Assembly: GCA_041640055.1 (NCBI GenBank)
Contig: JBEQAZ010000001.1
Coordinates: 6,931-70,930, forward strand
Length of the DNA stretch: 64,000 nt
Direction of reading: 5' to 3'
From: Candidatus Nanohaloarchaea archaeon
GTDB lineage: Archaea; Nanohalarchaeota; Nanosalinia; Nanosalinales; Nanosalinaceae
Notes under the pieces: model-generated
What the model saw: only the letters and a program-made list of their open reading frames with translations
Told to the model about the DNA's origin: nothing
The model's database searches: none
Position numbers and translations under genes: made by a program
Part shown: positions 36,789 through 44,748 of the stretch, piece by piece
How the letters are laid out: each line of letters opens with the position of its first letter
Numbering within the stretch: position 1 is the stretch's first letter

Positions 36789-36929
36789 TTAGAAACCTCC
36801 TCCCATGCCGCCCATTCCTCCTGAGCGCATTCCTAAGAGTTTTGCGATTACGAATCCTGCTACTAGGCCTACGACGGCGGCTTCTGGTTCAGCCATCAGG
36901 CCGTTCATTATTTGGTCAGGTAATGCCAT
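36789..36929 (-). CDS. 46-aa membrane micro-protein with a Gly/Met-rich tail, not in the ORF track
   Basis: I translated it by hand: MALPDQIMNGLMAEPEAAVVGLVAGFVIAKLLGMRSGGMGGMGGGF*. Its core AAVVGLVAGFVI matches AAAIVGLVVGFVI of 41745..42014. It ends 3 nt before the next gene. Confidence 0.45.
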   Translation of the reverse strand: MALPDQIMNGLMAEPEAAVVGLVAGFVIAKLLGMRSGGMGGMGGGF

Positions 36930-36980
36930 TGTTGTTTTGAGCCTCTGATAAGGATGATTACGAACTACTTGTTTAAATAA

Positions 36981-38027
36981 TTAAACCGATGCTGCCTTCT
37001 GCGTTGTATCTGGTGTAGCCGGAGTTTCAGGAGTTTGAGGTGTTTCTCTGGTTTCCTGTACTTCCAGATGCTCCATATATCTGTCTTCCGCTAATTCATA
37101 GTCTTCATTCTCTGTTCTGGCTGCGATGTAATTTGAAATCTCTTGGTTCACATCTACTTCTTCAGAGTACATTTCATTGATAGCAGTACCTGGGTCGGAG
37201 TTAACTTCTAAGCCGACTATCTCTCCGTCAGGAGTCTTCATATAGTCAAATGCGGCTACCTCCAGCCCTTCAGTTGCCTGTATGGCTGCGTCGATTTCAT
37301 AGTCAAATATTTCTCCCGGATCTGTGTATTCTCCGCCGTTAGCTATATTGTTAGCTATTCCGTCTCCATCTTCACGGGCAGCTATCTCCAGCACTGTGGC
37401 ATCTTCTCCATCACCTAGCACTAGTGCACGACAATCTTTGAAGCCCTCTTCATGCGGTACTGATTCTTCTAACCTATATTCTTCTCTCTCAAACTCTTCA
37501 AGATAATTTTCCAGGGTTTCTGAGTCTTCTATTCTACTTATTCCGTTTCCAAAAGAGCTTCTTGTTGGTTTTGCGATAACCTGATCGTCTTCAAGTACCT
37601 CAAAGGCTTCTTCTTCAGAATAGCTTTCGGCCATTCGGACATTTTGGAGATTACTAAATGATTCTTCCAGCATTTCAGAGGTACGATTCTTATCGTTGTG
37701 GAACCAAGACATCAAAGGATCTTGTATAAAATCTATATCCTGGTCTTCTACGGCAGCTGAAACCTGCTCAGCCATTTTCTTGCTTTCTTCATCATTCATT
37801 CCTGAAGTGAATTTTTTGTGGCGATAGAAAACTGTTTGATCATCTAATTTCTCTAATTCGTCTACAGATGATACATTGGTTACATCGTACCCCTGTTCAT
37901 CCAGTTCTTCTACAGTCTTTTTCCTGGTCGGGGTGTCTACATCGCCTGCGTAGAGTATATCTGCCTCTTCGATATCTGTTTCTCTTATTATATCATGTAC
38001 GGTTCTGTCGAAGAGCCATCCAAACAT
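36981..38027 (-). CDS. ATP-grasp ligase (RimK-like)
   Basis: ATP-grasp blocks are VIAKPTRSSFGNGISRIED, DCRALVLGDG, NNIANGGEY and AAFDYMKTPDGEIVGLEVNSDPG (the E-x-N metal site). The C-terminal tail is Pro/Thr-rich (TPQTPETPATPDTT). Confidence 0.7.
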   Translation of the reverse strand: MFGWLFDRTVHDIIRETDIEEADILYAGDVDTPTRKKTVEELDEQGYDVTNVSSVDELEKLDDQTVFYRHKKFTSGMNDEESKKMAEQVSAAVEDQDIDFIQDPLMSWFHNDKNRTSEMLEESFSNLQNVRMAESYSEEEAFEVLEDDQVIAKPTRSSFGNGISRIEDSETLENYLEEFEREEYRLEESVPHEEGFKDCRALVLGDGEDATVLEIAAREDGDGIANNIANGGEYTDPGEIFDYEIDAAIQATEGLEVAAFDYMKTPDGEIVGLEVNSDPGTAINEMYSEEVDVNQEISNYIAARTENEDYELAEDRYMEHLEVQETRETPQTPETPATPDTTQKAASV

Positions 38028-38061
38028 GTAAATGTATTTGTTACATGAAAGTTATAAAATT

Positions 38062-39687
38062 TTAGAATGAGTCCTCCCAGTTATCTAGCCCCTGGATAGA
38101 CTCATCGATAGCGGCTATAAGGTCCTGATCATTATCAATCTCGTGATTGTTAGAGTTATGTAGGGCTCTTAAATCATTTCTCAACTGTTCAAGCTTAGTC
38201 TCGATTGGACCATCAGGTCTAATCAGGTTATCAACATCAGGGTCAGGAAAGTTAGAGTTATTACAACCGTTAGCGTTATTCTCTAGGTCGTTGTTTATTA
38301 TAGTTCTGATTTCTGCTAGATAGGTGTGTATATCCCCGGATCCCGAAGTGCTTTGTATGTCACCAATTCTTGATTCTATTTCTGTCTTTTCGGAGTTGCT
38401 TATCTGAAGCTCATCCTTGAGAACCGATTTGAGATCTCTTAGTTGATCCTTTATATTATCTTTTCTGCTCTTCAGAGTCTGAAGACGGTTTTCTAAGGCC
38501 TGCTCATGTTCCTCCATCCTCCTAGCTCTGTTGAAAAGGCCTTCATCGTCTAACTCCTGAGCATAATCTTCAATTCTTTCCTCATAGTTCTCTACTTGAT
38601 CTACATCCTGCATCAAGAGATTGACTCCTTTTAATGATTTCGTGACCTGTTCAGCTTCTTTTATCAAAGTATTCAATTCGTCATCAAGATTAGAAGTTAC
38701 ATGCTCTTCCTTTTTCTCTATTCTTTCCACAGCATCTATTATAGTATCTAGTTCCTGTACCGCATCGGCTAGACCAAAGTTCTTGTATCTACTAGGAAGA
38801 TCCATAGAGCTTACATTGTCGTTCTGAAGATTTCCAATTCCCTGAATAATCATCTGCTTATCTAGATGCGGAGTGTTTAAGTTCGGTGTTGATGCAGGAG
38901 TATTACTCTTCAGAGTTGTAAGTTTGCCCCTAATATGATTTATCCCTGCAGTTAGGTACTTTATTCTGTTATTTACATTTTCATAGTCTCTGCTGGCGTT
39001 TTGAACACCGTTAATAGCATCGTTGATGTGGTCTATTTCATCGCTTAGATCCTGGGCGGCGTTACCCATCGCTCCTTCAATATGGTCATCAGAGTCATCT
39101 ATCTCTTGGACTATTGATTCAATCTCAGCTTCAGTCTGTCCGGGCTGATTCTGCACATTTCCATCGCCTATATTCCTTAGTCGTTCACCTGCTTCTCTTG
39201 CTTCCTGTATGCCTGTTTCAAGGGCTTTTCCTGTTTTTCCTGCTGTCCAAGCTGCACTTGCTGCTCCACCTCCTACTACTGCAATCAGGAGAGCGATTAC
39301 TCCGAAGAAGAGCGCTCCTACAAGCATCATCTGGATGTCCCAGACGAATCCCATCGCATGACCGGTGCCTAAGATAGATAATACTGTAAGAAGTGCGAGG
39401 ACAGCCAGAAGATTCTTTTTATCGTCATCCTGTACCCCGGAAGATTGGAGATTGAAGAGCTCCTCTATCTCGAGCTTTACTACGACCTTCTTCATAATCA
39501 TGTAGACAGAAAGCCAGATCAATCCGAAGGTAGCTGCAAGCCCTAGATTATGAACCATATCTTCGCTTCTTAATCCCAGAGCATTTATTATCCCGGCTAT
39601 ATCTGTTAAAGAAGTGCTACCGCCGTGATTAGCTGTTGCAATCGGTGTTACTAGTATAGTTAGAGTTGAAAGTAGTTTTTTCTTCAT
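38062..39687 (-). CDS. Signal-peptide/HGG-motif membrane protein with a long acidic coiled-coil domain (paralog 1)
   Basis: 541 aa. It starts MKKKLLSTLTILVTPIATANHGGS and has three hydrophobic helices (AATFGLIWLSVYMIM, LLAVLALLTVLSILG, LVGALFFGVIALLIAVVGGG). These are followed by about 380 aa of coiled coil. Confidence 0.6.
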   Translation of the reverse strand: MKKKLLSTLTILVTPIATANHGGSTSLTDIAGIINALGLRSEDMVHNLGLAATFGLIWLSVYMIMKKVVVKLEIEELFNLQSSGVQDDDKKNLLAVLALLTVLSILGTGHAMGFVWDIQMMLVGALFFGVIALLIAVVGGGAASAAWTAGKTGKALETGIQEAREAGERLRNIGDGNVQNQPGQTEAEIESIVQEIDDSDDHIEGAMGNAAQDLSDEIDHINDAINGVQNASRDYENVNNRIKYLTAGINHIRGKLTTLKSNTPASTPNLNTPHLDKQMIIQGIGNLQNDNVSSMDLPSRYKNFGLADAVQELDTIIDAVERIEKKEEHVTSNLDDELNTLIKEAEQVTKSLKGVNLLMQDVDQVENYEERIEDYAQELDDEGLFNRARRMEEHEQALENRLQTLKSRKDNIKDQLRDLKSVLKDELQISNSEKTEIESRIGDIQSTSGSGDIHTYLAEIRTIINNDLENNANGCNNSNFPDPDVDNLIRPDGPIETKLEQLRNDLRALHNSNNHEIDNDQDLIAAIDESIQGLDNWEDSF

Positions 39688-41279
39688 TATAGATCAGCGA
39701 ATTTGTTCAGTAGTCGTTCTTCGGCTGCTTCTTCCTGTTCGTTCTGCTGTTCGATTTTCTCTAGGTGCTCTCCAATCTTGTTAACATTATCCTGCATATT
39801 TTCCATTCTTCTCCAGGCTGTTGATGCATAATCGCTGTCACCGATGTTTTCCAAGACATTCTCCTCGAGAGCTTCTATCTGATTGAGTATTCTGCCGTCT
39901 TCTTTTACGAGTGTTTGAAGCTGCTGGATTTCTTCCTCTTCAAGTTTAATCTCGTTCTTGATTAGGTCTTGGGCTCTCTCGATGAGTTCTTCCAGTCTTT
40001 GTTCTTCACTCATTAGTTCCTGGTAGTAGCTCTTCATCTGCTCAATTTGTTTTTCTTCCTTTTCGGCTTCCTTGTATACTTTCTCACTGCCTATTTCCTG
40101 AGAAATACTTTCAAGGTACTCATCCAGTTCCTCAGCTTCTCCCATCTCCTGTTTGATCCTGCTGAGAAGGTTCTGTAGTACGATAAATTCCTCAAGCTTG
40201 TTGACTAGGATATGGACCTCATCCTCCATTTCTTCCTCTTCCTTGGTCTCCAGAGATTCGATAAGTTTGAGATCTTTCTGTACAGCCTGTAGATCCTCAT
40301 CTATTGTCTTGAGACCTTTGAAGCTGTCTACAAACCCTCCCGGAGCCGCCCGGTTTTCTGTTGCTCCTTTTCCTAAACCTGAAGCGGAGAGATTGTTCGG
40401 ATGCGCATTCTCCAACGAGCTATTAGCTTTGTTTAGTTCATTGTTAACTTCGTCTAATCGGCCCTTTAAATCCTTTATAGTTTTTTCTTCTTTCTGATCT
40501 TGGCCTATAACATGCTCTGCATCTTTTATAGCTCGCTCAAACTCATCCAGATCCTTCTTCATCATTCCGGAAAGAGTTTCTTCTGATGACTCCACAAGTT
40601 CGATTACCTTCTCTACATCATGGGCGGCCTGATCTGATTCCTGTTCAGGATCTTCACTTTGACCCGAAGTCACATCCTCTTCTTCATTTTCTGCTCTTGT
40701 TGCTACATCTTGAGCCTGACTGGTCCGTTCTCTAACCGCTTCGATATCTTGGTCATCGTACTCATCGCTGCCTGCGTTAGCTCCTTCATCGAGTTCATTT
40801 AATCCCCATGAACCTGATTTGGCAGCTTTCCCAGTTGAGAACATGAAGAGGCCTGCTCCTCCACCTAAAACCAGGATTATCAGCGAAGCAACTAGGAAGC
40901 CTACCCCCAGCAGCAATGTATCTTGTATAGTATTTATAGTGAATCCGAGGTAGGTATGTGATGCACCTGCTGCAGAAACAACTATCAGGAGAGATAGTAC
41001 TGCTCCTAGGTTTCTTCCGCCATCTCCTCCGTATGTGCCACCTCCCATGTTGAAGAGGTCTTCGAGTTCGAACCGTATGATCAGTTTCTTGATGATCATG
41101 TAGACTGTGAACCAGATTAGTGCGAATGTTGCTGCGGAGATTGCGATTTCTCTCCAGTTATCTACAGGAAAGGGGAAGTTGGAGATTAGACCGATTAGTC
41201 CTCCGGACCCTCCGTGGTTCGCGGTTGCGATTGATGTGAAAGCCAGTAAAAGTGAGGAGAAGATGGCTTTTTTGTTCAT
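39687..41279 (-). CDS. Signal-peptide/HGG-motif membrane protein with a long acidic coiled-coil domain (paralog 2)
   Basis: 530 aa. It starts MNKKAIFSSLLLAFTSIATANHGGS, then has AATFALIWFTVYMIIKKLIIRFELEDLFN. It is colinear with 38062..39687. Confidence 0.6.
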   Translation of the reverse strand: MNKKAIFSSLLLAFTSIATANHGGSGGLIGLISNFPFPVDNWREIAISAATFALIWFTVYMIIKKLIIRFELEDLFNMGGGTYGGDGGRNLGAVLSLLIVVSAAGASHTYLGFTINTIQDTLLLGVGFLVASLIILVLGGGAGLFMFSTGKAAKSGSWGLNELDEGANAGSDEYDDQDIEAVRERTSQAQDVATRAENEEEDVTSGQSEDPEQESDQAAHDVEKVIELVESSEETLSGMMKKDLDEFERAIKDAEHVIGQDQKEEKTIKDLKGRLDEVNNELNKANSSLENAHPNNLSASGLGKGATENRAAPGGFVDSFKGLKTIDEDLQAVQKDLKLIESLETKEEEEMEDEVHILVNKLEEFIVLQNLLSRIKQEMGEAEELDEYLESISQEIGSEKVYKEAEKEEKQIEQMKSYYQELMSEEQRLEELIERAQDLIKNEIKLEEEEIQQLQTLVKEDGRILNQIEALEENVLENIGDSDYASTAWRRMENMQDNVNKIGEHLEKIEQQNEQEEAAEERLLNKFADL

Positions 41280-41317
41280 GCAGTAGTTAATCCTCTCCTT
41301 CTTTAAATTAATTCACC

Positions 41318-41764
41318 TTAGAAGATGGCTTTGAATCCCCAGTAGAGAACTAGGAGTCCTACCCCTATGAATATTATGTAGGTGAGTCCTCCGAAGATTA
41401 CGAATATCAGTTCGTTGATATCTTGGAATAACTGGGTTGGAACCAGCATGAGTGAAACCGCCAGGGCGATCAGTGTAGCGTATTTGTTTCTCTGTTTTCT
41501 GGCCTGTTCTCTTTCACTGTGCCATTCGTCTTCAGCGCTTAATGCGAACTTGAGGGCTTGTTTCAGTCCGATCTGGAAGATGAAGAATATCAAGAGGAAT
41601 GGTGCTACAAGTTCGGTTAGTATTTCTGCCTGAGAATCGTAATGCGGTATCTGAAGGTTTTCGTATGGGTTTCCTCCGCCTCCGTGGAATGAAGCGGCAG
41701 CTGTTGAAACGGTTATCATTAGTAGTAGAATTATTGAGAGGTATTTAGTCAAAGTCGAAGTCAT
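41318..41764 (-). CDS. Short HGG-motif membrane protein (paralog 3, no coiled coil)
   Basis: I set the start at ATG 41764: MTSTLTKYLSIILLLMITVSTAAASFHGGGGNPYENL..., followed by 3 helices. The track start at 41857 would overlap 41745..42014 extensively. Confidence 0.5.
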   Translation of the reverse strand: MTSTLTKYLSIILLLMITVSTAAASFHGGGGNPYENLQIPHYDSQAEILTELVAPFLLIFFIFQIGLKQALKFALSAEDEWHSEREQARKQRNKYATLIALAVSLMLVPTQLFQDINELIFVIFGGLTYIIFIGVGLLVLYWGFKAIF

Positions 41765-42014
41765 CGCCGCCACCTCCCATGTCGCCGCCTCCGCCGATGT
41801 CTCCTCCACCGCTTCCGCCGCTACGAGCGTGTTTGATATAGGCTGGCAGCATATCATCGATTACAAAGCCGACTACAAGCCCGACTATCGCGGCTGCTGC
41901 GTATTCTCCTGGCAGTGGAAGTAATTTATCAAAGCTTCCTCCTAACATATCTGCTGCTCCGACTGCTGCGATAGAGGCTGTGGGATAGGCAACAAATTCC
42001 CAGGGGTCCTTCAT
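41745..42014 (-). CDS. Small membrane protein with a Gly/Asp-rich tail
   Basis: 89 aa, reading ...AAAIVGLVVGFVIDDMLPAYIKHARSGGSGGGDIGGGGDMGGGGDDFDFD. It is paralogous to the 46-aa ORF at 36789..36929. Confidence 0.5.
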   Translation of the reverse strand: MKDPWEFVAYPTASIAAVGAADMLGGSFDKLLPLPGEYAAAAIVGLVVGFVIDDMLPAYIKHARSGGSGGGDIGGGGDMGGGGDDFDFD

Positions 42015-42091
42015 ATTAAAATCATCTTATTACACAAATTTAAATTAACCAGCAAAAAGGTGAAAAGATATTAAATGAAAATAGGACAGAT

Positions 42092-42634
42092 TTATCGCGG
42101 CGATTCTGTGCCTTTCAATAACTTCTCTATCGATTTCAGAGTTTGGTCTGCTTGGCTTTGATGATTATCTACTTGCTGGATGATTTTTGCAGTTTCTCTC
42201 ATATCGCTTTCAGCAACCTTTTCATGCTCAATTTCATTTTTAATCTTCTGCTCGATATCGCTTATCTCTTTTTCTAGGCTTTCAGCTTCTGATAAAGCAG
42301 AATCCAAGTCACTTCTTAAAGCTTCAATCTCTTGCTGAATATCACCGTCATCACTGCCTCTCAAGTCCTCCCACAGATTCTTAGACTGCTGTTTAGCTTT
42401 TTTCTTCTTCAGATCAGAAACTATCTGTCCAATTTCTTGCTCTTTTTGCTCTAAATCATCAAGCTTTTTCTCCGCATCTTTTGCTTCTTCGATGACAGCC
42501 TGGTCCATCTTTATGGTGCTTTTCATCTCCTCAATTTCTTCTTTGGAGTCCTCAATGATTTGCTCTAACTCCTTCTGTTCTTCTTTTTCTCTTCCAAGTG
42601 TGTCGTTGATTGTATCCATTATACCATCTGACAT
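42092..42634 (-). CDS. Acidic coiled-coil protein
   Basis: 180-aa E/K/D/Q-rich heptad sequence. No family recognised. Confidence 0.5.
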   Translation of the reverse strand: MSDGIMDTINDTLGREKEEQKELEQIIEDSKEEIEEMKSTIKMDQAVIEEAKDAEKKLDDLEQKEQEIGQIVSDLKKKKAKQQSKNLWEDLRGSDDGDIQQEIEALRSDLDSALSEAESLEKEISDIEQKIKNEIEHEKVAESDMRETAKIIQQVDNHQSQADQTLKSIEKLLKGTESPR

Positions 42635-42692
42635 AATTGTAACCTCTTGGTAAATATTATCGAGCAGCGGCTTATAAAGATTATCTTAACTA

Positions 42693-42923
42693 TCATGAAA
42701 ACTTGCCCAGCCTTTCCAAAGTCTCCAGTATTCCCCAAGCATAGATTACCGATTCCCAGGCGCGTATATAGTCTTCTTCCGCTAGAAAATGGTAGGTGTC
42801 ATCTCTGTATGCTTCGACATTCTCCATCTGCTCAACATGGCTATCTCTGTCATCAATCCGGTTTTCAAGTTTCTCAAGCCATTTCCGGGTTTCTTCCTCC
42901 AGTTTCTCTTGCGTCTTGTTCAT
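42693..42923 (-). CDS. Small helical protein (DUF357-like, tentative)
   Basis: 76 aa. ...YRDDTYHFLAEEDYIRAWESVIYAWGILETLERLG resembles the archaeal DUF357 pattern. It overlaps the diphthine synthase stop by 4 nt. Confidence 0.45.
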   Translation of the reverse strand: MNKTQEKLEEETRKWLEKLENRIDDRDSHVEQMENVEAYRDDTYHFLAEEDYIRAWESVIYAWGILETLERLGKFS

Positions 42924-43618
42924 CGGAAATCCTCTAGGTTCTCATCTTCGACATGGGAGGTTTCTCCTATTATAATAATGGAGTGAGGTGTTTCGCCAGT
43001 TGTAGTGAGATCATCTAGTTTGCCGTAGCTTATCTTCTGATTGTCTAGGCTGGCTCTTTCCAGGAAAATCGCTTCTTTTTCCGCTAGTTCTTTATCCATC
43101 TCAACCAGTTTATCTCTTGCTTCATCGGCATCATAATCGATATCAAGAAGCACCAAAGTATGAAGACCGACAGATAAATTTTCATTAATGTACTCTGCGA
43201 TTGATTCCGGTTTCATATCCTTGGGGAGAGTTACCGTTCTTCCGAATTTGTAAATACTTAAACCGGTTTCAGCGATCGATGTAAAAATCGAGGGAGCATG
43301 AACAACATTTGTTTCTATTCCTTGTTTCTCTGCTCTTCTCTTTATATCGTAATGAGTCGTAGCAGTCAATGCATCACCCGAAACAAGAAATGCAGTCTCC
43401 TGACTCTTGGCTGACTCAACTATAGCATCCTGTTGTTCCACTTCATCACGGGAAAGTTTCTGGATCTCCTGACCTGTTTTTTCCTCTATCTTCTTTAAAT
43501 CAACTGTTTCAGTATTCGTGTAGAACTCTGCAAATACTTTTTCAGAGTTTTCTATCGCTTTCAATCCTTTTACAGTTATTTCGTCGTCATCAAGACCCAT
43601 TCCAATAAGGTGAAGCAT
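42920..43618 (-). CDS. dphB: Diphthine synthase (Dph5/DphB)
   Basis: MLHLIGMGLDDDEITVKGLKAIENSEKVFAEFYTN..., ...AFLVSGDALTATTH and ...GLHTLVLLDI are typical tetrapyrrole-methylase-fold Dph5 blocks. Confidence 0.9.
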   Translation of the reverse strand: MLHLIGMGLDDDEITVKGLKAIENSEKVFAEFYTNTETVDLKKIEEKTGQEIQKLSRDEVEQQDAIVESAKSQETAFLVSGDALTATTHYDIKRRAEKQGIETNVVHAPSIFTSIAETGLSIYKFGRTVTLPKDMKPESIAEYINENLSVGLHTLVLLDIDYDADEARDKLVEMDKELAEKEAIFLERASLDNQKISYGKLDDLTTTGETPHSIIIIGETSHVEDENLEDFR

Positions 43619-43675
43619 CGTGAATAAACAGGTTGATGTAACTGTTTTTAATTAGTTGGAAGACATTTCGATTTC

Positions 43676-44707
43676 ATGAAACAGGAAAAACTAGAGAAAA
43701 AAGCTGAGGACCTGTTTGAAAGACAGGGATTCAGGATTAAGAGAGAAGACGATGTCTTCAGGGCCTGTAATGAAGGAGAAGAACTAAACTTCCAGGCATT
43801 CAGCTCAGAGAAATACAGTGTAGAAGAAGTCAGAGAAAAAATTGAAGACAATATAGACACAATTTTTGTGGATGAAGCTCTTAGAGAAATCAAAGAAATG
43901 ATCGAAACTGATGTATCCGTCTTGAAAGAGGAAGAAGACAGCAAAAGCTATGATTTACCCAGTTTTGAGCTTATCGGAGATATCGCAGTCATTAATGATC
44001 TGGATGGAAAAGATGAAACCGAAGTAGTCGAGGGAATAACAGAAAACCACCCTCATATAGAAACCATACTATTGAAATCAGAGCAACTGTCAGGCGAGTT
44101 CAGAGTCGGCGGATACCAAGGACTGTACGGGGAAGAAACAGAAACAATACATAAGGAGTTTGGAGTAGATATCAAAGTCGATCCAACAAAGGCTTACTAC
44201 TCGGAACGGTTTTCTACGGAGAGAAAAAGAGTAGCAGACCAGATCAAACCCGGAGAAAAATTATTAGTGATGTTCGCCGGCGTAGGACCGTTCGCACTGA
44301 TCGCAGCCAGACACTCAGGGGCAGAGAAGATAGTAGCAGTTGAGAAAAACCCTGAAGCGTGCGAATACCTGAAGGAAAATATCGAACTGAACAGTTTTGA
44401 GGGCCGCATCGAAGCCAGATGCGGGGATGTTGAGGAGATACTTCCAGAGCTGAAAAACAGTTTTGACCGGATAATAATGCCTCTACCCGGAAAAGCCGAT
44501 GAATTCCTCGACCTGGCAGAATCTGTCGCATCTGAAAACGCGGTGATTCATTACTACCGTTTCATGGAGGAAGGAAACGGAGAAATTTTGAAATCAGAGA
44601 TAAAGAGCATAATGACCGGAAGCTACCGGATAAAAGAGATAGTAAAATGCGGAGAGAAGAGCCCCTCCACGGACAGAGTATGTGTCGATATTGTCACTCG
44701 AAAGTAG
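43676..44707 (+). CDS. trm5: tRNA (guanine37-N1)-methyltransferase Trm5 / TYW2 (Met-10+ like) family
   Basis: It contains SFELIGDIAVIN, YYSERFSTERKRV, the SAM-binding block LVMFAGVGPFALIAA and the catalytic-loop region FDRIIMPLPG. Confidence 0.85.
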   Translation: MKQEKLEKKAEDLFERQGFRIKREDDVFRACNEGEELNFQAFSSEKYSVEEVREKIEDNIDTIFVDEALREIKEMIETDVSVLKEEEDSKSYDLPSFELIGDIAVINDLDGKDETEVVEGITENHPHIETILLKSEQLSGEFRVGGYQGLYGEETETIHKEFGVDIKVDPTKAYYSERFSTERKRVADQIKPGEKLLVMFAGVGPFALIAARHSGAEKIVAVEKNPEACEYLKENIELNSFEGRIEARCGDVEEILPELKNSFDRIIMPLPGKADEFLDLAESVASENAVIHYYRFMEEGNGEILKSEIKSIMTGSYRIKEIVKCGEKSPSTDRVCVDIVTRK

Positions 44708-44710
44708 CAC

Positions 44711-44727
44711 ATATTTAAATGTTGTTC
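44711..44727 (+). promoter_or_regulatory. TATA-like box plus a degenerate TGTTGTT(C) motif upstream of 44749
   Basis: ATATTTAAATGTTGTTC lies 22 nt upstream of ATG 44749. It is related to the elements at 5245 and 46475. Confidence 0.4.
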
Positions 44728-44748
44728 TTGATATAGAAAGTTGTTCAC

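Noticed and set aside
41765-41857. The longer start (41857) listed for the third HGG-motif protein.
   Set aside because: It would overlap the well-formed 41745..42014 ORF by 113 nt. ATG 41764 gives a normal signal peptide (MTSTLTKYLSIILLLMITVSTAAA).
43648-43944. A 98-aa Ser-rich minus-strand ORF.
   Set aside because: It is antisense to the acidic N-terminus of Trm5 and is of low complexity. It is most likely a shadow ORF.
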